The notes under the pieces: model-generated
What the model was told of the DNA's origin: nothing
Databases searched by the model: none
The model's input: only the letters and a program-made list of their open reading frames with translations
Origin: Moniliella sp. 'wahieum'
Taxonomy: Eukaryota
NCBI GenBank assembly: GCA_003971905.1
Contig: RSEE01000029.1
Location: 186,001-250,000, forward strand
Direction of reading: 5' to 3'
DNA length: 64,000 bases
Shown: positions 50,689 to 64,000 of the stretch, one piece after another
How the letters are laid out: every line of letters starts with the position of its first letter
Position numbering within the stretch: position 1 is the stretch's first letter
Program-made: the position numbers and the translations under genes

Positions 50689-51658
50689 ATGGGCTCGAGT
50701 CCGAGCAGGGAACGGTGCCTCGACTCTCTTGTTTGACCCCGACGCCACGTGTCCCATGACGGCAGAGGGCGTGGCTGGCGTGAAGCGTCCAAACGAAGCG
50801 GGACCCAACTAAAATGGTGGGGCGACACCATCCCCCCAATCTATGCCATTTCTTGCGCTTCGGGCTGCATTGCTTGGCGTGGTTTGTGTGTTCGTAGACG
50901 AGGTGTATGGTTTGTGGTTGGTACGGATGCATTCTCGTTGGTAGTTGTAGTGGCCCGGGGCGATACGGACCGGACCACTCCGAAGGTGGGGCCGGCCCCA
51001 TGGCAGAGGTTTGTAAAACGGTCGGGGGTGCACCGTATGCATGAAGGAGTCCATCCCCTGTTTGGCTTTCTTAAGGGCTGTATACCCTGGGAATCTACAA
51101 GTTTCTCGAAAGGCGACAGGTGTCTTGTGCGGTTGCTGCTACTAGGCTAGTTACTCGCCATCTCTCAAGGGGACGCATTAGTCCCACTGGCAACCCCAAC
51201 GGAACAGAGCAAGCAAAAATCATTGCGAGGGCAACGGGAAATTACAAGCCAAGGACGGCAATCCCTTTTAGAAGCGCGTTCAAGCTTGCTCTACCTGACA
51301 AGCAGAAAAGAGGGAGGGGGAGGGGGAGGGGGAGAGGGAGAATGGGTGCAGCAAAAGGGTATACTAGAAGGCGAAAGAAGAAAAGAGAGACAGGCAGTTA
51401 GGTAGGCGGCTATCAGGTCGTAGAGAAAAGACCAATGAGAACGAGGGCGTGAGGGAGGAGGCGTGCGAGCCATATCAACGGGCATCCAAGCAGACAACGC
51501 AAAGTGGATGAGACGAGATGGGGTGGAGGGGGATATAAGATAGACAAAAAGGGGGGAGGAGGGCAGGCCTAACGAGGGGATGAGAGGATGACAACCTGCG
51601 CTGGGTCGGGGGTCGGGAGCATCAGCGCTTGGCCGGCCCAAACGCACGCGCCGCCCGT

Positions 51659-54600
51659 TCAAATACCGTGGCGAGGTTCGTGCCTGGTGGGAGAAGATGA
51701 ATGGGAATGGTGCAGGGGGGAGTGGGACCCGAGGTGGGAAGGGATCTTACCCCCTCCTCCGCTTATTCCAGCTCCAACAGCATGCGCCTCCGTCGCCTCG
51801 CTCCCCGTTTTGGAACGTGGTCGAGTCGAGACTGGACCCGGAGGGGGCCGGAGGGGTGAGATGTTGGTCTTGCTCCGCGTGACGGGGACCGAGTGGGCCG
51901 AGATGGTACTGAGGCGAGAGCGGGCGTTGGTGCCTGTCGTCGTACCTCGGGAGACAGAGGGGAAACTTGGGACCGAGGATCCCGTCGATCCCGTCGATCC
52001 CGTCGTTTGCGAAGGAGCTTGTGTCGACCCAAACAGACTGGCCAACACACGGTTCTGTACCGCCCGATCCCGCTCAATCTGCGCTTTGAGTGCCGCTTGA
52101 GGAACGCGGACCACATTGAACCCGCTCGCCGATACCGGACGCGAAGGAACTTGAGCAGCCCCATCCGGGTCACCAACAAGGGAGGAGAGGGAGGGCGAGG
52201 TACGCCCCGAGCCACTGGTGGAAGACCAAACAGACAACCGGTTGGTTGCGCCCTGCGAGCATAAGGGGCGAGTGCCCTGCCGCTCAGGCGAATTTAGTAA
52301 AATGGAAGCTGGCGTCGAAGAAGGTGGTGCGTTGGACATGGGTGACAGACTCATGCGCTTTGGATCGGGAGAAGAGTAGGTATCGGGCTTAGGGTCGGAG
52401 GTCCCCGTGAAGCGGGTGGGGCCCGCACCACGGTGGGGATATCGACCCCCCCCTCCTTTGTCCGTCGAGCCGTGTTGACGGGGGAGGTCATCGACGGTTT
52501 GGAAGCGTGTGAAGGAGTCCCTTCGGTCACTGGCGCTGTAGGTATCAAGGCCGCGCCCAGGGAACCAGGCAAATGGAACCAGTTCCACCAACTGATGTAC
52601 CCCAGTCGTACCCGGCGAGGGAGAGGCAGAGCGAACGATACCTGATGTGATGCTAGCACGATGGTTGTTCCCCTGCTGCTGTCCAGTCGCCATCGGTGAG
52701 GGGGAGGCAGAACGAATGGCGCCCGAAGCGATACTGGCACGGTGACCGCTACTCTGTGGCCCACGCCGTGGGGTGGAACTGTTGGTCGAAGGTGTGAGGC
52801 TGAGCCGCCGGAGCTGGCCCCCACTCAGGCCGGCGCCTTGTCCGTCGAAGCCGATGCAGACTGGGACGGAATGGATGAGGGAAGTACGGTGGCAGGAGGG
52901 TTGCTTGGCAAAGACCGGAGTTCGCGTCGAATCACGCCAATCTTGTCCTCAACCACTTGACGAGCATCCGTATCTGGTGATGCGAGTAAAGCCGAGATCT
53001 CCTCCAAAGCCGTAAGTGTATGCTGCAATTGCATCTGACCAGTGCTTGGGATGAAGGGGAGGATCGCAGCCCCGCATTCCCGATGCAGACGAAGGTGGCC
53101 TACGCCGATCAGCCGAGGATATGGGCCGCTCCAACGAAGTCTCATCCTTGGCCTCGTCGCTTCGGGGCGGATCAGGCGGAACGGCACTGGTAGTAGCAGG
53201 CGACGAGACAGGTGTCGACGTTGCGTTGATGCTGTCTGAACTGGCCCGACCATTAATCCCGGGATGAGACACTGGCGGAAACTTTTGCGCACCCAAGCCC
53301 AAGGGACGGTGCGAGGCAACCTCCCGCGCCGAGGCGTCATCTAGCGAGTAGCGGCGCTGGCGGTTGCGGACATGTTGGCCCCGATACCCCCATGGAACAA
53401 CCTTGGAAGGGGCATCTGTCGGATTGGGTTGTTGCCGTCGGGCCTCCCGTAAGGACGGACGTCGGCCGAGAGTAGGGGAAAGCTTGGGACGAACAGGATC
53501 GGGACCGGCCAAAGGGGCTTTGGTAGAAGTTTCCCCCTCCGCAAGAGAGTCAAACTTCTGTTTGGTTGCATCAGCCAAAGCTTGGGCCTCGGTTGGAGAT
53601 GCCTCGTTTGAGTCGGTAGCAGAGGCAGACTCTGCGGGCGGGGTCGGGGGGGCGTCGGGGGGCGACAGGGCAACGCCTACCTGGTTCGGGTCCAGGTTGC
53701 CCCCGGAACGGGGCTGTGAGGGAGGTAGAGCAGGGGGCAAAGGTGACTGGATCTCCAATCCCGCCACCCCGGTAAACTTGAAAGAAGAGTCGCTCGCCCG
53801 GACTGGAGGAAAATGCAGCTGTAGCCGGAGTCAGGAGTCCGTCTGAACGCCCACCACGGGCACCAGTCAAGTCTAAATTGCGCACACTTCGTCTGGGAGG
53901 CACAGGAGACTCCTCCCCTGAGCGAAATGAGTAGGAGCTTGGTGGTGGTGCGTGGGAACGGGCACGCACGGTGCTCGCCGAGCTCCCTGATTGAAGAGAG
54001 GAAGCCTCGAGGCAGAGGGGGAAGATCCCAGCGGCCCAGGCGCGCCCCGAAGCGAGGCAGGGGTTAAGCTCACATGCACCGTCGGAGTGGCAAGGAGGGC
54101 ATCAAATGCGGCGCCCTCCAATTCGGCGCCCCGGCTCAGTCCAGTCTCGCGTCGACTCTCTCGAGTGAGTGCGCAGCGTGATACTTGCAGAGCTGGCCGA
54201 GCGGGTTCGGCCACTGTGCGGGGCGGGGGGCAGGCGACTGGACTATGGGTGCGTCGGGTCGGTTGGAGAGGGCCGAGGTAGATCGCAGTGCGCCAATGTG
54301 GCGAAAGATGGAAACCGAGTCGGTTGAGTCGGCGCTGGATCTGCGCGAACGGGGGGCGCAGGCCCAAAAGTTTGCTAGCAAAACCGGCAACTCGACTTGT
54401 CGCGTCAGAGTCCAGCGTCGAACTGGAGGCTCTTCGACGAGCCCCCGTGGTGGGAGGGGGGAAGACAAAACTGGATGGCGGCGCGCGGGAGTGCGAAGGC
54501 GCGATGGACTCGGGGTCATTGTCAACCAGAGGGATGGCGAGCTCCCTGTCGTCCAAGGTTGAGTTGAGGGAAGCGGCACGGGACATGGCCGAGTCGGGTC

Positions 54601-55963
54601 TTACCAATCCAGTGGAAGGGTATCCGGACGTGGTAGAGTATATGCTGGGAGACGAGGGAGCCATATCCAGTGAATCTTTGACGGGGCGAACCTGAGCCGA
54701 AGAAGTGCGTGAAGAAGAGGTGTGTCCGTCGAGCAAAAGGGGTTCCAAGCCCATAATCTTGCGCGCCGTATCAAGGCCAGAAAACGGGACTGGTGGAGAG
54801 GACAGGATAGACAGGGCAGTAGCAAGGTCGGCTGGCCCCGCGTGCTCCGACGCAAGCCTAGGGTCAATGGATTGGATCGAGTCCGAGTCCGACCCAGATC
54901 CTGTTCCGGACGAGATAATATCCAAGTCGGACCGCATCACGGTACGCTCTGATACGCATTCGCCCACCGCAGCAACCATTGCTTGGCCCATTCCTGCCAA
55001 GATGGCACCGACAAAAACGCTGGCCTGCGGGGTGAGGTGTACAAAAGCCGTCTGTTCCCGCCCTGATATAGGAGGGGCCTGCGCAGCTGAGGCATGGGCG
55101 GAAGCTAATGTGGAAGCAGAGAGGGGTGGGGTGGATGCTGCTGCGGAGGACACGGGAAAACAGGGATGCGCGTGTCCCGGGGAGGAGGCGGCGGATCGGA
55201 GGGACTCTTTTTGTGGCCTTTGTGGGGTCGGCCAAGGGGCAATAGTACCATGCCTGTTGCCGTAACTGGGGAAAATAAGCAGACAAGACAACATGTCAGA
55301 AAGGCAAGCGAGGAGAGGGGCATCGTCAGGCGCAAACGTACAGCAGCATAGGAGCCAGGAACAGGGAACGTTTCCCCCCCATCCAGCGGCTGGCAGCAGC
55401 GAGGCCGAGCGGCGCAAATCCACGGTAGAGCGGAGTTGAGCCTCATGTGTCTTGAGCGCCATCTCAGCATCGGTCAACAGCTCGCGGGAAAAGGTGGCCT
55501 TGGCCGATGCATCCATCTGATCCGCCTCGGCAGGAGGGTGGCGCAGCAGGGGAACAACACCATTGGTGCGGATGCGTTCGTGGCTAAGACTGCGGGCGCC
55601 GAGTACGATGCGCAGGACCGCCTCGTCCAGCACGGCATTGAGTCGTCGAGAGCTGCGGGTGTGAGGCTGATGCGGCGCCCGGCGGCGCGCGAGGCCACGC
55701 GGGTGGCCTGGGACGAGACAACGTAGGAGGGTGGCGGGGCGAGGAGAGGAGTGGCGACAAGGATGCCCAGGGGGACCAAGTCCTGCCTTCGCCCCGGCGG
55801 CGGTGGTGCCGACGCTGATTGCGGAGCGGGCGGAGCGGACAGACGGGCGGAAGGCTGGCGGCGAGGCGGGAGGAGGGCGAGAAGGCGAGGGCGGGCTGGG
55901 ACTGGGGATGGCCGGGGGTGAGGCTGGCGGGGGGGGGGGGGGCGGAGCGGAAGAAGCGCCCAT
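51659..55963 (-). CDS. Large hypothetical protein, Ser/Pro-rich, with a short helical N-terminal region
   Basis: Long frameshift-joined ORFs 53873-56098, 52949-53767, 52825-53340 and 51659-52693. Structured-looking segments LNAVLDEAVLRIVLGARSL and AFDALLATPTVHVSLTP. Intron 55266-55341 (GTACGT...CTGAC...CAG). Confidence 0.65.
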
Positions 55964-56608
55964 GGGGAGCAGAGAGCCCGTGCTGGGGGCGAGTGGATGC
56001 GCCGCGGGAAGGCGGCGCGTGGAGCGGAGCGGGCAGGAGGGGCGGCGGGTGGGCGGGTGGGCGGAGGCGATGGGCAGCAGACGCTCGACACACGTCACTG
56101 GCAGCAGCAGCTAGAGGCCCAGCGGGGGTTAGGTGCTGCTGATCGTCGCATCTGCTATGTCATGCGTGGGCGCATGCGGCGCCACGTGTGGGACAGGCGG
56201 CTGCTGTGACGGCTGGCCTCTGGCATGCGCCGCGCCCTGGCAGCCCCGGCACTCGACGATCCACCCCTGCAACATTTCAAGCCCAGGTGCTTGTGCGTGG
56301 CGTCACGCGTCATGCATCCTGTCATGCGCCACCAGTGATTACATTTACTATTTAATCCGCCCTGCGCCACTCCAGCGCGCGCAGGCGCCTGGCACAACCC
56401 TAGCACGCGCGCAGCAGACGCATTCGCGCAGGCGCAGTGTTGCAACGCGTCTGCCTCTCCGCACGCGCCCAACCCACCCAGACCGCGTCGGACGCTTTCT
56501 TTCCTTCGCCCGCACCATCCACCGTGCCTGCCGCGCCTCCCACCGCACCACCACCAGCACAGCACCCGCACCACCACCACCCACGCCGCACACTGAGCAC
56601 CGCCCGCC

Positions 56609-59600
56609 ATGCCTCTCGTCCGTCTCGAGACGGAGAACTTCAAAAGCTACCGCGGCAAGCAGATCATCGGGCCCTTCTACTCCTTCAGCTGTGTCATTGG
56701 CCCCAATGGCAGCGGCAAGTCCAATCTCATGGACGCCATCTCTTCGTCCTCGGTGTCAAGAGCCAGCAGCTGCGCTCCAGCCAGCTCCGCGATCTCATCT
56801 ACCGCGGTCGCCGCGACGAGGACGACGATGCCTCCGACGACGAACAGGCCCGCTCCGCGCGGCCAGGGTTCAGGCCAGCGCGCCTCGGTCAAGGCCATTT
56901 ATCGCGATGGCCGCGGCGCAGAGCACGAGTTCATGCGCACGTGAGTTTCTCTCTTGCTCTGTCCCTCTGGTCATTGACCCACCTTTGATGTCTTAGCATT
57001 TACCTCACAGGCGGCAGCGAGTACCGCCTGAATGGCCGCGTCACTTCCTACGCGCAGTACAATGCCAAGCTGATGCAGTTCAACATCCTTGTCAAGGCAA
57101 AGAACTTTCTCGTGTTCCAAGGCGACGTGGAGGCTGTTGCCTCCCAAAGCGCCAAGGATCTGAGCAAGTTGGTGGATCAGATCAGTGGATCCCTCGACCT
57201 CCGCGACGAGTATGAGCAAGCCAAGGTCGCCATGGATAAGGCGACTGAGAACTCCACGTTTGCCTTCAACAAGCGTCGGGGCATCAACTCTGAGATCAAG
57301 CAGTTCCGCGAGCAGAAGAGCGAAGCCGAACGATACGAAGCGCTTCTCGATGCCAAAGACGACTCGTTCGTCAACACCTGCTCTGGAAAATCTTTCACAT
57401 CGACCAGGACGTGACCCGCCAAACCGAGACGATCGAAAACTGAGCGCCCAGCTTGCCGAACTGCAAGACCGAGCTGGAGACGAAGAACAGAGCGTCATGG
57501 CCGCCCGTACGGCCGCAGGACGTGTGCAGCGCGACATTCTGGCTCAAGAAACCGAAATCAAGCGAACCCAGGCTGAGCTGAGCGAGGCACAGCCTCGATT
57601 GGAAGCTGCCGAGACACGCATTGACTATTCTCGGCGCGCTATTGCGAATTCCGCTCACGTTCGCGAGCGCGTTGAAGCTGATTTGGCCAAACACAAGGAC
57701 AAGGTCGCCAAACTACAAGCTGATCGGACGGCTCAGGCTGCAGCTGCAGCTGCAGAGGCGCGTCGTCAGGCGGCTGCCGAAGCTGCCGGTCTGGCACTCA
57801 ATGAGCAAGACCATGCCGAGTACCTTGAGCTCAAGGCCATTGCCGAAGGCCGCGCCCTTCCCGAACGGCAACAGTTTTGCCACAATGGAGCGCTCGCTGC
57901 GCGCCGCGACAGAAGCGATCCGAAGCTGGAAGATAAGGCCGCAGTGCGTCCAGCCAGAGGGAGCGCCTGCAAGAGGAACAAGATCGTCTTCCCCCTTCGG
58001 TCGATGCCGAAGCGCGTCTCTCCAGTTAGATTCTGAGCTGGCCCGCACGGGCTGAGGCGGAGCAGCCGCACAGCGCGGGAGGAGATTCGGTCAAGGGAAC
58101 GGGTGTTGCAGCAATCCCTCCAAGAGACGCTGAACCGTCTTCTTCAAGCTCAGCGGACCAGCGCGAGTCGGATCGCGCGGTACGAATGCGAGAGACCATC
58201 TCGACTCTCACGCGTCTCTTTCCCGGCGTGCGGGGGCGCATCATTGACCTGTGTGAACCGACGCAAGCAAAATATGGCACAGCCATCTCACCGTACTGGG
58301 ACGAAACGCGGACGCGATCGTGGTCATCATGAGAAACGGCGATCGACTGCATTGAGTACATGCGCAACCAGCGCGTCGGTCAAGCTACTTTCATCCCCCT
58401 TGACACCATCCAAGTAAAACCCATCAACGATCGTCTCCGCAGCTTGGTCAAAGGTGCCCGCTTGGCCATCGACGTGATGCGTTTCCCCCCTGCTGTTCTG
58501 CGTGCAGTCCAGCACGCATGTGGGAATGCGCTCGTATGTGATAACATGTCCATTGCGCGCAAGGTCGCATACGAGCACCGTCAAGAGGGCAAGGCGGTCA
58601 CCCTCGAGGGCACCATCATTCACAAAAGTGGTCTTATTACCGGTGGACAAGACCACCAGGCACCAACCCGGCGGTGGGATGAAAAGGAACTGATGGGACT
58701 ACAGCGGCAAAAGGACACGGCGCATGCTGAGCTCAAGGAACTGCAAAAGCGTAAAATTGCCCTGGGCGACGACAGCAGCATCACTGGGCAAATTGGAACG
58801 ATTGAAGCTGAAATTGCGGGGTGCGGGACGAGGTGCGTGCGTTGGAGAGCAAATTGGCTGACCTGGCCGAGGAGGAATCTGTGGCCGAGGCCCAGCTGGA
58901 GCAGGTTACGCCTCAACTGGAGGAGGCAAAAGCCGCCGTAGCTGCCGAGGAGGCCCGGACGAGTGGTTTGCGGGCCGCGATTGCCGCTGCGGAGGATGAC
59001 GTGTTTGGTGACTTTTGCGAGCGGATTGGGGTTCCCCACATCCGTGCCTATGAGGAACGACAAGTCCGTCTGCTCGAAGCCCGCTGCTGCCCGTCTCCAA
59101 TCTGAAACGCACGTCAAGCGTATCACTCACCAGCTCAACTTTGAGCTGCAGACGGTGGCTGGCGTAGAGGAACGGTTGCAGACGTTGGCACGGTCGATCG
59201 AGAAGGAACGGAGCAAGATGGAAGCTGCCGAGGCGCAGCGGGACGCAACGCTGTCCGAGGTGGAGGAACTGCAGCGACAGAGCCAGGTTGCCTCCAACCG
59301 TCTCACGCAGCTCCAGGCGGAACATGACAGGCCAAGCAAGCCTTGTCTGTGGCCAAGCGGAGTGCTTCCCAGGCCATCCGTGCGCTCGACAGCGCCCATC
59401 GGCAAATCGCCGCGGTAACGACACGATCGCACGTCTGGGTTCGGACCGTCTTGATGTCTACCGCCGCTGCCGATTGGAAGTGGTGGACTTGCCCTTGAGC
59501 CGGGGCGACTTGGCCAGTGTGCCGCTGATGAATGCCGCGGACGAAGAGAGGCGATGGACTTGGACCAAGACTCGACCAAGCCTATTCACATTCGCGACTA

Positions 59601-60337
59601 CGGGATTCGGGTCGAGTATGACGACTTGACCGACGAAGAAAAGCGGGATGGCTCGGAGCAGATGGAGCAGACGTTTTCCGAGCGAATTGAGGAGGCAAAC
59701 TCGGAGATTGATCGTATGGTGCCCAACATGAAGGCCAATGAGCGTCTGGGAGACACGGAGACCAAGTTGGCCCAGACCGAGCAAGAATTTGAGCGCTCGC
59801 GCCGTGAAGCCAAGAAGGCCAGGGACGAGTTTGCGCGGATCAAGCGCCGGCGTTGTGAACTGTTTAATCGGGCCTACCGCCACATCTCTGAGCGCATCGA
59901 CCCTCTACAAGGAGCTCACCAAAGGCCGCGCGGCTCCCATGGGTGGCATTGCCTACCTCTCGTTGGAAGATACAGAAGAACCGTACCTGAGCGGAATCAA
60001 GTACCACGCCATGCCGCCCATGAAGCGTTTCCGTGACATGGACCAACTCAGTGGCGGGAAAAGAAACGATGGCCGCGTTGGCCCTCTTGTTTGCCATCCA
60101 CTCCTACCAGCCAGCGCCGTTCTTTGTATTGGACGAGGTGGATGCCGCGCTGGATTCGCAAACGTAGCCAAGGTCAGCGATTACATTCGGCAGCACGCGA
60201 ATGATGCGTTCCAGTTCATCGTCATCTCGCTCAAGGCATCGTTGTATGAACGCTCGCAAGCGCTTGTGGGCATCTATCGCGATCAGGCAGTCAACTCGTC
60301 CGCGACCTTGACACTCAACCTGGAGAGTTATGCGTAG
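56609..60337 (+). CDS. SMC1: Cohesin subunit SMC1
   Basis: ENFKSYRG, Walker [33 protein letters not shown], hinge [18 protein letters not shown]...[47 protein letters not shown]. Intron 56941-56996. Many indels. Confidence 0.96.
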
Positions 60338-60945
60338 CCCCGCTGGTTCTCTTGGGCATGTTGCTTCCCAATGGCTGCTGCGGCCGAACTGTCGGTGCGC
60401 TTGATGTATCTGTTGATCACGTCGGTCACGTTGGATGTTGGTCCCCCCCCTGTTCCTTTCCTGGCTCTGGACGGCCAGGCTCGATGTATATTTTTTTCCA
60501 GACGCTATACCTGTTGAAGCTTCAACCTTGATGTAGTGTTCCCCGCCAACACAGTCGAGGGGGCTAGCTCAGCGCTGCGCAGTGGCTGATGGGTTGGGTA
60601 GGTCAGGATACCAAAGCGGCAGGCGGAGCAGCTAGGTGGGCCTGACTGGGCCGTGTTCGACAACAGCTGGATGGCCAGCGACGAGGGGGGACTGGGGTGG
60701 CGGCCTGAGGCGGATGACGTTTGTTGGACGTTGAGTTGGATGGTGCCGGTGACACGATGCATGAGCCTGCCGCTGAGGGCATGCGCATGGTAGTTGGTGT
60801 GTGATGTGTGTGTGACCGCGACTGCGTTTACATTTCAATTTGCAATGGCACATGAGAATGCCCAAGGCAGAATGCATCCGAAATGGCCCGTAGCGCGCAG
60901 CGCGTAAAACAGAACAGCGGAACGACCCCAGTAATTGGGAATTAC

Positions 60946-61002
60946 CAGCACCAGACGGCACCAGACAGCGCCAGACAGCGCCAGACAGCACCCGACAGCA
61001 CA
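60946..61002. repeat. 10-bp tandem minisatellite (CCAGACAGCR) x about 5
   Basis: ccagacggca ccagacagcg ccagacagcg ccagacagca cccgacagca read directly. Confidence 0.85.
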
Positions 61003-61327
61003 ACAGCAGCGGCCGGCCAGGCCCGCGTCAGACGCGCGGGCTGCTCAGCGCAGGCGCTCTGGCTGAGCTCAGTCTTAGCATTCAGGCGCTGAGCACTGAA
61101 TGAATGCGCGCTGAATGAAGACAAAAATGCGCACGCAGGCTCACGCGCTCTGGGCGAGCATGTTTCTCCCCGTAGATCCCTCGTTTTTTGGCGCGCCAGC
61201 GCGCAGCGCGCCATGTGGGCGCTGCGCCCAGCTGAGCCCTGGCTTTCGTGTGGCATCCACTTTCGCCCAATGCCACACCACACCCCCCCGCTCCCTGCCC
61301 CACCATCTCTCTCCGCCTTCCCCCACC

Positions 61328-62634
61328 ATGACGGCGCCCGACAGTCCACCCGCCGCGTCCCGCTCCTCGTCCCCAACGACTCTTTGTCGACGCCCCTCGC
61401 CCGCACTCACCCCACCCCCCATGGGCCCCCCCGTGCCTCCGAGGGCGGCGCCACTCTCGTTGATGCCGCCTCCCCTAAACAAACCTTCCAGATGCCGCGG
61501 CAGCGTCTCCGGCAACCACCCCAGCCTTACTCTCTGTTCCTCCGGATGCCGACGCCAACAACACACCCTCAGCGCCCCTCTCGTCCACCCCCTTCGATGC
61601 TGCCACGTCCGACGTGGAGAAGCAGCAGCCCCAACAACCTGTCTTTGCCGATGGCGCTCCCCGCCGGGGTGTGCCCAAGCGGCCGGAGGAGTTTGGGCTA
61701 GCGGGCAAGAAACTGGCCTTTGGTGCGCCCTTGCCTGATAGTGGCTGCATTGACCCAGTCAAGCCCTCGTGGTGGCAGATGTGGCGCATCCCTGGGCCGC
61801 TGAGCCTGCACACCCGCCAAGGCTGGTACCTGCTCATCTTCCATATCATTGGCGCTGTCTTCATCTCGGCTGGGGCCAACTTTGGTATTGCCTGTGCCAT
61901 GTACCGCAAGAACCAGGAAACAACATCACCATGTGGAAGCTCAACGACAATACCATTGCTGGTGACATGGCCGTCACCATCCTCATCCAGGGCACTGTCA
62001 CATACGTCATCACGTCCACCATGGTGCATCGCGACTTGTACAAGGGTGTCGTGGCACCTCTTAGCCGGCCCTGGCCCTATCTCTTGCACCTCCCTTCCAC
62101 TCCGAATCCCCAAGGCACCAAGTTCCTCGGCACCCGTCTGCCCTCCCAGGTGCCCGCCGGACAGTCTCTTCCCGTGGGCCCGCTCGTCACAGCCGAGACA
62201 GGCAAGTTCAAGGCATTTTGCCTCTGGTTCATCCGCTTTATCTTTTGCGGCACGGAGCGCAACGACATTCTTGCCCCCTCCATCAGCTTCAGCCAGCGTT
62301 TCCAGCGTTTGCTCTGGACCATCGTTCAGGGCCTTGGAATTTCGGCGTTGGTGGTCTGGGCTCCATTCTGGGGCATTTCCCTCTGTATTGTCGCCCCGAT
62401 CTGGACTGGTCACCAAATGGCTCACACTGGGTAGGTCCCGCCATCAAGTGCACCTATGGCGGTATCCTGGCGCTTGTCACCAATCCTTTCATTTGTCTCA
62501 TGGCCATGGGGGCCGAGTACAACGTCAAGCGCGCCTATCCGGAACTTCAATTATGGCGCGATGACGAGCTGGCCCCAATCAACCGTCAACTGGCCGCCGC
62601 AGAGCCTTCCGCCGAAGCTCCCGAGACGAGCTGA
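61328..62634 (+). CDS. Hypothetical fungal multi-pass membrane protein
   Basis: Frameshift-joined: YLLIFHIIGAVFISAGANFGIACAMY, NTIAGDMAVTILIQGTVTYVITSTMVHRDL, LLWTIVQGLGISALVVWAPFWG, GPAIKCTYGGILALVTNPFICLMAMG; TGA at 62632-62634. Confidence 0.75.
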
Positions 62635-63349
62635 ATCTGTCTTGATGTTGGGGCCGTGTACCCGATTTGCGTTTTCCTGTCGTCCACCGTGTCGATGACC
62701 AAGCCATCGCCCTCGAGCGCATCATGAACTTTCGCGACCGGATTGGCTGCTATTCCCTCGTTTTCAGAGCTTGCCACCGCCGGCTTGCAAGCTACTCGGC
62801 TACCAGACTTTCTTTTCGTTTCATGCGTTCCGTCGTATCTAGATAATCATCTGCTGCCATGCTGGCCTACTCTTTCAGCTTGCCTTGAGGTTCGTAAGTG
62901 ACCATGTAGACCCAAATATCGGCAGATGCCTTCGTCAAGTTGGCTCCACGTACTTCTGAAAGAAGGCCATTGGACCTGGAGCGATAGGTGTGGGGCGTGG
63001 TCTTGCTCAATTTCATCGGCCTCTAATTCAAAACGCCTTGACAGGACGCCAATCCGTCAGAGGGAGGAACTGTTTATAGGTACGGTGGCTCCCTCCAGAT
63101 GTAAGGCAGGTGAGAATCAACGATAACCGGTAACTTTCTTCGTTTATTCATCAAATCCATGAAGTCGAATTCAAGCCCACACTGGTGAGAGGCCAACCGG
63201 GTTCTCGCTCACTGGTAAGATGTACCATGCAGGTTATCCCCATATACTTGGTGCCAAAGCTGTCAGTAGCCCGTATACATAGCATGTTGCATGATGCAGG
63301 TCAGTTGTTTTGCAAGGGTCCCCCTGGAAATTTATCGCACAACTATCTT

Positions 63350-64000
63350 ACTACCACTTATGTTGACCGTTCGGGACCGCAAACGGCTACGGCCAAAAAC
63401 GCATTTACGAAGCAACGCCAGCGCGGCCGGGCGATGTGGGAGCAGAGTCGACAGGAGCTGCTCCAGAAGCTGGACGCTGACGATGGTCGCCATGTGATTG
63501 AGCACAGCAACCCGCTGAACCACAATAGGCTCTCCGACATTCCGTCCGCCCCGTGCCTCAAGCTCTCTGACCAGCAGGTTCAGGTTGGTCTCCAGCTCCG
63601 CACGCTGTGCCGCTCCACGCGCAGCATGTGCAAGTGCGGCGTCATGTCCTCGCTGGAGCACATCATCGTGTGCACCCGCTCCCAGGCCAAGTTTAGTGCG
63701 TTGCATGAGGCAGTGCGGGAGCCCATTCTCCAGCTCGTGCGCTGTATCCCAGACACTCACATCCGCTAGCGAACCTATGGTGGAGGAAGGGGATGGGACG
63801 AGGCGCAGACGGAGAGCACAGGGCACTGACTACCGCGTGACGGGGCCTGGAGCACTCGGAGGATCAGGAATGGAGGTGGACCAGCGCTGCGCGACACGGG
63901 ATCGCAGGAGGCGCAGAGCGCGTACCGGGTGCACGAGAGCATTGCGTCGCCTTTGGAACGCCGGGAGAAGGAGCTGCTTCGGCTGCTGGAACAAGCAGAA
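63350..64000 (+). mobile_element. Degenerate 3' fragment of a non-LTR retrotransposon with restriction-like endonuclease (CRE/Cnl1-like); runs off the window
   Basis: LSDIPSAPCLKLSDQQVQVGLQLRTL, CCHC knuckle CKCG....EH..VC, LHEAV (cf. RHE/RHD), then after TAG 63767-63769 EP...RRR...TDYRVTG (cf. EP...RxDI). No RT motifs visible upstream. Confidence 0.7.

Noticed and set aside
3456..60337. Programmed ribosomal frameshifting or RNA editing to explain the broken ORFs
   Set aside because: Shifts are scattered across unrelated essential genes with no shared slippery motif; long-read indel error is far simpler.
60946..61002. Short repeat arrays as CRISPR-like or telomeric repeats
   Set aside because: No unique spacers, eukaryotic context, only 3-5 units, and no TTAGGG arrays; ordinary mini- or microsatellites.
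1..64000. tRNA, rRNA or snoRNA genes
   Set aside because: No cloverleaf, rRNA or convincing C/D or H/ACA pattern recognised by eye; a covariance-model scan would be needed to exclude them.

Overview
Eukaryotic, GC-rich, gene-dense fungal DNA with few, short GT-AG introns carrying CTRAC branch sites. Gene content and the split dynein point to a basidiomycete smut-type fungus (Ustilaginomycotina); this is an inference. In order, the window holds: an MFS monocarboxylate-type transporter, proteasome alpha-3 (PRE9), a stand-alone C-terminal dynein heavy-chain gene (dyn2-type), a kinesin-4-like motor, a decayed and internally inverted HEM13 pseudogene, Rho1 GEF (ROM2), SHMT, a second MFS transporter, PRP4, a truncated SHR3 relic, a CSC1/OSCA channel, a hypothetical gene, SNX4, clathrin heavy chain, RPS15, a long hypothetical gene, SMC1, a hypothetical membrane protein, and the 3' fragment of a CRE/Cnl1-like non-LTR retrotransposon at the right edge. 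Almost every CDS, including essential ones, is broken by single-base indels, most simply explained by an unpolished long-read assembly, so CDS limits are approximate. Most notable: (1) a dynein heavy chain that begins de novo at the end of AAA4; (2) two eroded relics of normally single-copy housekeeping genes (HEM13 with a clean internal inversion, SHR3 with an internal deletion), suggesting post-duplication/hybrid gene loss or real pathway loss; (3) an intron inside the RPS15 start codon; (4) recurrent clustered intergenic motifs. All identifications come from recognising motifs by eye; no database searches were run.
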